From assembly GCA_044226625.1 (NCBI GenBank), contig JBGAGQ010000007.1, positions 77,750 through 141,749 of the forward strand: a stretch of DNA of 64,000 nt, given 5' to 3'. Shown piece by piece: positions 56,357-64,000 of the stretch. Each line of letters opens with the position of its first letter. Positions within the stretch are counted from its first letter, which is position 1. A model generated the notes under the pieces. It searched no databases, was not told where the DNA came from, and saw nothing but the letters and a program-made list of their open reading frames with translations. A program made the position numbers and the translations under genes. The stretch is from Thermoanaerobaculia bacterium (lineage in GTDB: Bacteria; Acidobacteriota; Thermoanaerobaculia; Multivoradales; UBA5704).

Positions 56357-57624
56357 AGGCGCTCGATTCTTTACGTCTTGCCTTCGCCCTCCTGTCCGCC
56401 GAGGGTCCCGCGTCCGTAGTTCGGCGCACGCTCGACCGCCTGGCCGAGCGTAAGGAGCGGAGGTCGTTTGCGCCCGGCAACGACGCGCCCGAAGGGGTGA
56501 GCGCGCCGGTGCTCCACGTCCTCTCGACCCCACCCGCCCCGCGGCGGGGAGGAGTCCAGACCCAGCTGGTCGCGCGCCGCCTGCGCGAGCGAGCGGCGGG
56601 ACGGCCGTTCGCTCTGTTCTTCCCCTGGGCCGGGCGCTACCGGCTGGAAATCGAGCAGGGATCCCGTCGCACGGCGATCGACCTCGCCCCCGCGACGCCG
56701 GGTCCTCCCCTCGGGCCCCCGGAGCCGGAAGCCGGCACCTGGGTGCGCGCCGTGCGCGACGCTTTCGCCCGCACCCACGCTCGGATCCTCCGGATCGAAG
56801 GGACGGCGGGCCTCCCGCTCGACGGCCTGGTCGAGCTGTCCACGACGCTCCCCCTGACCCTTGCCATCCACGACTTCGCGCTCTTCTGTCCGCGGCCCCA
56901 CCTGGCCGAAGAGCCGACCGAGGCCTTCTGCCACGCCTCGCGCGACCTCGCTCGATGCCTCGCCTGCCTGCGCCGGAGCTGGACGGTCAAGGAGGATTTC
57001 CAGGCCCGGCGACGAGAGCTGGCGGCCCGGCTCGTGTCCGGCGTGGATCGGATCGTCTTTCCGTCCGAGTTCCTGCGTCGTGCTCACCTCGAGCTGTTCC
57101 CCAACTTCGAGACCGCGCGAGCCCGGGTCGAGGCGCCGTCGCACCTTCCCGCGGAGAATTCGCCTTCTCGGCGTCTTTCGCGCCTCGAACGACCGCGGGC
57201 TCCGCGCCGCATCGCCTTCGTCGGCGCGGCGCGACGATTCAAGGGGGCGGAGGTTTTTTCGCGGGTGGTCGCCCAGCTCTCCGCCGACCATCCCGAGATC
57301 GAGTGGCACGCCTTCGGCGGCGGCGATCTCGAGCTGCTCCACCGGCTTCGAGCCCAAGGGGTGGTGGTCCACGGCTACTACCGCGCGGGATCCCTTCCGG
57401 AGCAGCTCGCGCGCCACCGGATCGACCTCGCGCTCCTCCTCTCGATCGTCCCCGAGTCCTATGGGCTCACGCTGGACGAGTGCTCCCTCGCGAGCGTGCC
57501 GTTCCTGACGTTCGACCTCGGAGCGCAGGGCGAGCGAGCCGCAGCGCTCGGAGGCACCGCGGTTCCGCTCGAGTCGGACGCCGCGGGCATCGCGGAGCGG
57601 ATCGCGGCCCTCGTCTCGCGATAA
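56353..57624 (+). CDS. GT4-like glycosyltransferase
   Basis: IHDFALFCPR, FVG...KG, SIVPESYGLTLDE; ATGA overlap with the upstream gene. Confidence 0.85.
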   Translation: MKALDSLRLAFALLSAEGPASVVRRTLDRLAERKERRSFAPGNDAPEGVSAPVLHVLSTPPAPRRGGVQTQLVARRLRERAAGRPFALFFPWAGRYRLEIEQGSRRTAIDLAPATPGPPLGPPEPEAGTWVRAVRDAFARTHARILRIEGTAGLPLDGLVELSTTLPLTLAIHDFALFCPRPHLAEEPTEAFCHASRDLARCLACLRRSWTVKEDFQARRRELAARLVSGVDRIVFPSEFLRRAHLELFPNFETARARVEAPSHLPAENSPSRRLSRLERPRAPRRIAFVGAARRFKGAEVFSRVVAQLSADHPEIEWHAFGGGDLELLHRLRAQGVVVHGYYRAGSLPEQLARHRIDLALLLSIVPESYGLTLDECSLASVPFLTFDLGAQGERAAALGGTAVPLESDAAGIAERIAALVSR

Positions 57625-57768
57625 CACGCGGCGTTGACGCCGCCCGGCCGAGACGACCGAGCCCCCTCCGCGAGTTTTCGAGCACCGTCCGTTCTGGTAG
57701 GGGTGAAAAAGCGGAAGCGGAAGAATTCCATTACAAAATTTTTAGGTGCTTATGCGACCATTCTCGAC

Positions 57769-58425
57769 ATGGATACCTCTTCTGAATTTTGGGTCCTTGC
57801 CATGGGCACTCCCCTTCTTTCCATGGCCATCACGATCGCGCTCCTCCACGCCACCCGCCCCGAGCGAAGGCGAAGTCGCCTGGCGAAGCTCCCTCCCAAC
57901 CTGACGGTTCGAGATCTCTGGTTGCAACCTCTGCAGCCGGCGCTGGCGCGACGAGGCCAATCGGTGCTCCTCGAATTCGACGATTTCGCGCCGACACCCT
58001 TGGAAACGCATTTCCAGTTTGCGTTCGAGCGAGCCGACAAGACCGAGATCGAGCGCCTCGAAGCGGACCTCATGATCTCCCGGGAGCTCGGCAATCGGCC
58101 GGCCCAGAGCGAGCTGCTCGGCCTTCTCGCGCTCGCCCACTCGGCGCGCGGCGACTCGGCTCGCGCGGTCGAGGTCTACCTTCAGCGCCTCGAGCTCGCC
58201 TGCGAATGCGGCGATCGGGCCCGAGAGGCGAGCACGCTCGACCACCTCAGCCTCGCGTACGCCGATCAGGGCGATCTCCTTCGCGCCCAGGAGTGCCACG
58301 AGGGGGCACAGGAGATCTGCCGAGAGCTGCGAGAGCGGCCGGCTCCGGGACTTTCCTTCCCCCCGGCCCACTTGCTGGTGAAGGCGCGGCCCTCGCGATT
58401 CGATCGGCGGCTCGGGTCTTCCTAA
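57769..58425 (+). CDS. membrane-anchored short TPR protein
   Basis: N-terminal hydrophobic helix; two GNR/GDR-type TPRs. Confidence 0.65.
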   Translation: MDTSSEFWVLAMGTPLLSMAITIALLHATRPERRRSRLAKLPPNLTVRDLWLQPLQPALARRGQSVLLEFDDFAPTPLETHFQFAFERADKTEIERLEADLMISRELGNRPAQSELLGLLALAHSARGDSARAVEVYLQRLELACECGDRAREASTLDHLSLAYADQGDLLRAQECHEGAQEICRELRERPAPGLSFPPAHLLVKARPSRFDRRLGSS

Positions 58426-58469
58426 GCCCGCGCGCCTCAGCCACCAGAGCGGCTTTCACCCGCGCTCGG

Positions 58470-59426
58470 TCAAAGCAACCGGGCGAGCCAATGCAGCACG
58501 TTGAGCAGCAGCTGGCGGTCGTCGGTCCCCGGATGGTTCATGCCGAAGCGTAGATCCTGCGCGAGGCCGGCCGCCTTCGCGGCCTCGCCGGAGATCACCT
58601 GGGCTCCGAACAGACCCGCCTCGCCGACGATCACGACGCGACCTCGACCGGCCTCGAGCGCCACGGCTTGGGCGAGGCCCCCGACGGGCTCGACCTTCGA
58701 ACCCACGGTGTTCGGGTCGGCCACCGCCTCCGCCGCGGGACCGAGGCGCAGGAGGACGGTCGCCCCGGCGCCGTCCGCACGTAACGCCTGACCGCCGAAG
58801 GTGACCCCGCGGGAGATCACCTCGGACGCGCTCCGGCCGCGCAGGATCGGATGGTCGCCCAAGAGGGCGTTCTCGCGTGTGAACTCGAGGAAGTAGGGCC
58901 CCGGCAACTCCCGGGCCGCATGGGCCTCGTCGCGCACATGGCCGTCGATCATCGCAACGCCGAACGCCGCGGCGAGACTCTTCGCGGCCGAGCCGAACGG
59001 GGCATGGTCGGCGATCAGGAAGAGAGCGCCACCCCCCTCGACCCAGGTTCGAATCCGCTCGATCTCGGCGGCGGAAAAGGCATCGTCCGTCGTCGCGCCG
59101 CGGGCGTTCGCGATCACCAAGAGGGCTCCCGTGGGGGGCGACTCGGAGCCGAACGAGGCGGCGGAGGGCTCGACGCGGAAGCCGTCGTGCGCGGCGACCG
59201 CGGCGAAAGCCTGGTACCGGCCGGACGCCGTATGCAGGTTCCGATGGGCCTCGTCGATCAGCAACCGCGGCCCGACGTTCGGCCCGAAGGCAGGGCACGA
59301 AACCGCCGGATCGAATTGCGGATCGCTCTCTTGCGCCGCGGCGGCGAGGGAGACCGAAAGAAGCGAGGCGAAGAGAACCGTCGCCCGCGCCCAACGGGCG
59401 ATCTGCCTCCGAGAGGATCTCGACAT
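58470..59426 (-). CDS. secreted DUF4350/GATase-like fold protein
   Basis: LIDEAHRNLHT..GRY..FA, WVEGGGALFLIADHAPFG, GRGRVVIVGEA. Confidence 0.7.
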   Translation of the reverse strand: MSRSSRRQIARWARATVLFASLLSVSLAAAAQESDPQFDPAVSCPAFGPNVGPRLLIDEAHRNLHTASGRYQAFAAVAAHDGFRVEPSAASFGSESPPTGALLVIANARGATTDDAFSAAEIERIRTWVEGGGALFLIADHAPFGSAAKSLAAAFGVAMIDGHVRDEAHAARELPGPYFLEFTRENALLGDHPILRGRSASEVISRGVTFGGQALRADGAGATVLLRLGPAAEAVADPNTVGSKVEPVGGLAQAVALEAGRGRVVIVGEAGLFGAQVISGEAAKAAGLAQDLRFGMNHPGTDDRQLLLNVLHWLARLL

Positions 59427-59461
59427 GGGTCTCGCCTTCCCGTGCGGCGTGCGGCGTCCCT

Positions 59462-59965
59462 TTACGCGACCGGCTCCTGCAGGAAGTAGATCAAATCCGT
59501 GCCCGCCGCCTCGTAGCCCATCTGGCGGAGCATCGTGACGATCTGCCCCCGGTGGTAGCTCGAGTGATTCACCAGGTGGAAGACCGGCTGCCAAAGGGGG
59601 CGGTTGAAGGCCTCGCCCCGAGAGTTCGCCCAGGCGAGGCTCGCCTCCAGCTGCTCGTCGGTGAGGCCGGCGAGAAACGCCTCGATGCCCGCGGCCGTCT
59701 CCTCCCACGAGACGAGCAGCGGGATCAGCTCGGTAAAGTCGTTCTCGGTCGGGAAATGATCGAGCCCGGTGCCGAGGAACCGGGAGAGCCAGATCTTCTC
59801 CGCGCCGGCGATGTGGGCGATCGTCTGGAGCAACGACGGGAAGCTCGAACCGGTGTCGCGCAACAGGTCTTCCGGCGTCACCTCGCGCAGAGAGCGAAGG
59901 ATCACCCGATCCGCCCAAAGCATGTAAATCAACATCTGTCGGGCGATGGCGGCTGATCCGATCAT
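59462..59965 (-). CDS. DinB/YfiT family protein
   Basis: SFPSLLQTIAHIAGAEKIWLSR, HLVNHSSYHRGQ. Confidence 0.9.
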   Translation of the reverse strand: MIGSAAIARQMLIYMLWADRVILRSLREVTPEDLLRDTGSSFPSLLQTIAHIAGAEKIWLSRFLGTGLDHFPTENDFTELIPLLVSWEETAAGIEAFLAGLTDEQLEASLAWANSRGEAFNRPLWQPVFHLVNHSSYHRGQIVTMLRQMGYEAAGTDLIYFLQEPVA

Positions 59966-59985
59966 CCGTGTACCCCCTTGTTGGA

Positions 59986-60183
59986 CTAGTGCCGCAGCAG
60001 GGCGTTGGCGAGCAATCCGAACGTCACGCCGGCCGCGAGCATGAAGACGCCTGCCGCGTCAGGACGTTGCGCCAGCAGGCAAGCGATGGATCCGACGAAG
60101 CTCGCGAGGCCGACGATCCACCCTCCGATCGTCACGGCTCCCGCCATGCCCGTCGCGCGCTCTTCCGGATTCCACTTGGCCAT
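59986..60183 (-). CDS. small two-TM membrane protein
   Basis: Two hydrophobic helices; purine-rich RBS upstream; co-oriented with its neighbours. Confidence 0.55.
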   Translation of the reverse strand: MAKWNPEERATGMAGAVTIGGWIVGLASFVGSIACLLAQRPDAAGVFMLAAGVTFGLLANALLRH

Positions 60184-60208
60184 CGTCGTTTCCCCCTAGA
60201 GATCCATC

Positions 60209-61975
<1,767 letters not shown>

Positions 61976-62073
61976 GCCGGTCTCCTCGGGGGTGGCTCCC
62001 CCAACGTGCCGGCGGAGTATATCCCTTGCCTTCTGGGCGCCTCGGTGGATCCACTCCCCCTCCTGGCCTCCCC

Positions 62074-62243
62074 GGTACGGCCGGAGGCATGGGTAACACT
62101 TCAGACCGGGGACATGGGTAACAGTCCTGGGAGCGGGTGATTGATCGATCCCGGTCGATGGGGAGGATCGAGGTGCGGGCTCACACAACCCTCCCGGATG
62201 GGGGTGCCCCCCGGCGCCTCTCTCTGTTACCCTCGGGCGCACA
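62074..62243. mobile_element. IS481-like terminal remnant or possible MITE, embedded in REP-like flanks
   Basis: Tandem CCGG(A/G)G(G/A)CATGGGTAACA (62081-62098, 62106-62123) and an inverted TGTTACCC...GCACA (62225-62243); no transposase. Confidence 0.6.
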
Positions 62244-62272
62244 TGCATAAGTTGCTATCGGAGGCTCCGTCC

Positions 62273-64000
62273 ATGCATCGCACGCCGACCGCCGTCCTCG
62301 CCGCCGCCCTCGGAATTTGCGTCCTCGCCTCGCCCGCCTTGTTCGCGGCGATCCCCGCCGGGTTCGTCGACGAGCTGGTGACCGCGGCGACCGGGCCGAC
62401 CGCGATCGCTTTCACCCCCGACGGCCGGCTGCTGATCACGCGCCAGACCGGCGAGCTGATCGTTCGCCAGGGGACGACGAACACCTCGGCGGTGACCTTC
62501 CCAACGAGCCAGCTCTGCTCGAACTTCGAGCGCGGGCTGCTCGGCGTCGCGGTCGATCCGAACTTCGGGCCGGGGGTCGGCCAGAACCGGTTCATCTACC
62601 TGTTCTACTCGTTCCACAAGATGCCGGCGATCGCCTGCACCTCGACGGGATCGTCGGTCAACCGGGTCTCGCGCTTCGTCCTCGCCGACAACAACACGGT
62701 CGATCTAGGAACCGAGACGATCCTGGTCGACAACATGCCTTCCACCGCCGGCAACCACAACGCGGGCGACGTCCAGTTCGGCAAGGACGGCTACCTCTAC
62801 ATCTCGATCGGAGACGGCGGAGCCGATTATGCCGGCGGCGGCAGCGGCGGAACCAACGACGCGGCGCGCGACGAGTTCACCCTGACGGGCAAGATCCTGC
62901 GGATCACCAAGGACGGCGGCATCCCGCCGACCAATCCGTTCCAGGGCGCGGGCACCGCCCGCTGCAACACGACCGGCGGCACGACGGCGGGAAACAAGTG
63001 CCAGGAGACCTACTCCTGGGGGCACCGGAACCCCTTCCGCATCGCGTTCGATCCGAACGTCGCGGGCACCCGCTTCTTCATCAACGACGTCGGCCAGAAC
63101 GTGCGCGAGGAGATCGACCTCGGCACCGCGGGAGCCGATTTCGGCTGGAACTGTCTCGAAGGAACGCGGGTCAACAACACCTCCGGCCCGTGCAACCCGA
63201 CGCCGGCGAACATGGTGCCGCCGATCTTCGAGTACTCGCACGGCGCCCAGGTGCCGGGGTCGACCAGCTCGACGAGCTGCAACTCGATCACCGGCGGCGC
63301 TTTCGTGCCGAACGGCATCTGGCCGCCCGCCTACGACAACGTCTATCTGTTCTCCGACTACGTCTGCGGCTGGATCTTCCAGCTCGCGGGGGCGAACGGC
63401 GCGGGCCCCTTCACGACGGCGAGCGACTTCGCCACGAACCTGGGCAACTCCTCGGCGGTCGCGCTCCAGTTCGGCCCCTACCAGTCCACCCAGGCGCTCT
63501 ATTACACGACGTTCGCCGCGGGCGGCCAGGTCCGCCGGATCCGCTATTCCCCGGCCGGCAACAACGCGCCGTCGGCGAGCTTCACCGCGACCCCGCTCGG
63601 CGGACCGGCGCCGCTCATGGTGAGCTTCGACGGCTCGGCCTCCTCCGACCCGGACGCGGGCAACACCCTCACCTACTTCTGGACCTTCGGTGACGGCACG
63701 CCGGAGACCTCGACGACGATCGCGACGACCTCGCACACCTACGCGGCTAACGGCGTCTATATGGCGAGCCTGCGCGTGCGCGACAACAACTTCGCGTTCT
63801 CGGCTCCCGCGACGCAGTCGATCCAGGTCGGCAACACCGCCCCCACCGCGCAGATCGTCTCGCCCACGTCGTCCGACCGCTTCTTCGTCGGCCAGACGAT
63901 CACCTTGAACGGCCTGGGCACCGATGCCGAGAGCGGCACGCTCCCCGGCAGCGCCCTCACCTGGACCGTACGCCTCCACCACAACGAGCACACCCATCCG
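62273..64000 (+). CDS. secreted PQQ-dependent glucose/sorbosone dehydrogenase-like protein with PKD domain (runs off the window)
   Basis: Manual translation: signal peptide, PTAIAFTPDGRLL, ERGLLGVAVDPNF, NHNAGDVQFGKDGYLYISIGDGG, GKILRI, GHRNPFR, then FDGSASSDPD...YFWTFGDG. Confidence 0.88.
   Translation, partial: MHRTPTAVLAAALGICVLASPALFAAIPAGFVDELVTAATGPTAIAFTPDGRLLITRQTGELIVRQGTTNTSAVTFPTSQLCSNFERGLLGVAVDPNFGPGVGQNRFIYLFYSFHKMPAIACTSTGSSVNRVSRFVLADNNTVDLGTETILVDNMPSTAGNHNAGDVQFGKDGYLYISIGDGGADYAGGGSGGTNDAARDEFTLTGKILRITKDGGIPPTNPFQGAGTARCNTTGGTTAGNKCQETYSWGHRNPFRIAFDPNVAGTRFFINDVGQNVREEIDLGTAGADFGWNCLEGTRVNNTSGPCNPTPANMVPPIFEYSHGAQVPGSTSSTSCNSITGGAFVPNGIWPPAYDNVYLFSDYVCGWIFQLAGANGAGPFTTASDFATNLGNSSAVALQFGPYQSTQALYYTTFAAGGQVRRIRYSPAGNNAPSASFTATPLGGPAPLMVSFDGSASSDPDAGNTLTYFWTFGDGTPETSTTIATTSHTYAANGVYMASLRVRDNNFAFSAPATQSIQVGNTAPTAQIVSPTSSDRFFVGQTITLNGLGTDAESGTLPGSALTWTVRLHHNEHTHP

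Noticed and set aside
57700-57768. AT-rich patch upstream of the TPR gene
   Set aside because: Probably a promoter, but no -35/-10 pair or operator could be assigned with confidence.
61976-62272. Cobalamin riboswitch upstream of the mutase gene
   Set aside because: No B12-box recognised; the structure is explained by REP and IS-end sequences.
62317-63997. ORFs 62317-63693 (+) and 62705-63997 (-)
   Set aside because: Shadows of the dehydrogenase-PKD gene starting at 62273, which the track omits because it has no stop in the window.

Overview
A high-GC bacterial chromosome segment. It is most likely Acidobacteriota (Thermoanaerobaculia-like); this is inferred from the protein families present and not proven. 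A housekeeping backbone (def, thiE-like, lspA, RluA-family, ribE, ribD, ftsY, coaX, birA, valS, a RomR-like regulator, B12-dependent acyl-CoA mutase subunits) is interspersed with surface-glycan glycosyltransferases, secreted proteins, three toxin-antitoxin loci, one intact CHAT-NB-ARC-TPR gene and one broken REase-NB-ARC gene, REP-like palindromes and an IS481-like end remnant. The most notable items are: (1) a eukaryote-type PCO/ADO thiol dioxygenase coupled to an unknown 416-aa protein and divergent from an ATP-grasp ligase (46.5-49.6 kb), the best candidate for an undescribed pathway; (2) a porin-cytochrome electron conduit (decaheme + MtrB/PioB porin + monoheme + NapC/CymA-like tetraheme); (3) an unexplained non-coding tract with paired palindromes and 21-bp periodicity at the break point of the NB-ARC pseudogene. 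No rRNA, tRNA or CRISPR array was recognised. All calls come from reading motifs by eye; no database searches were run.
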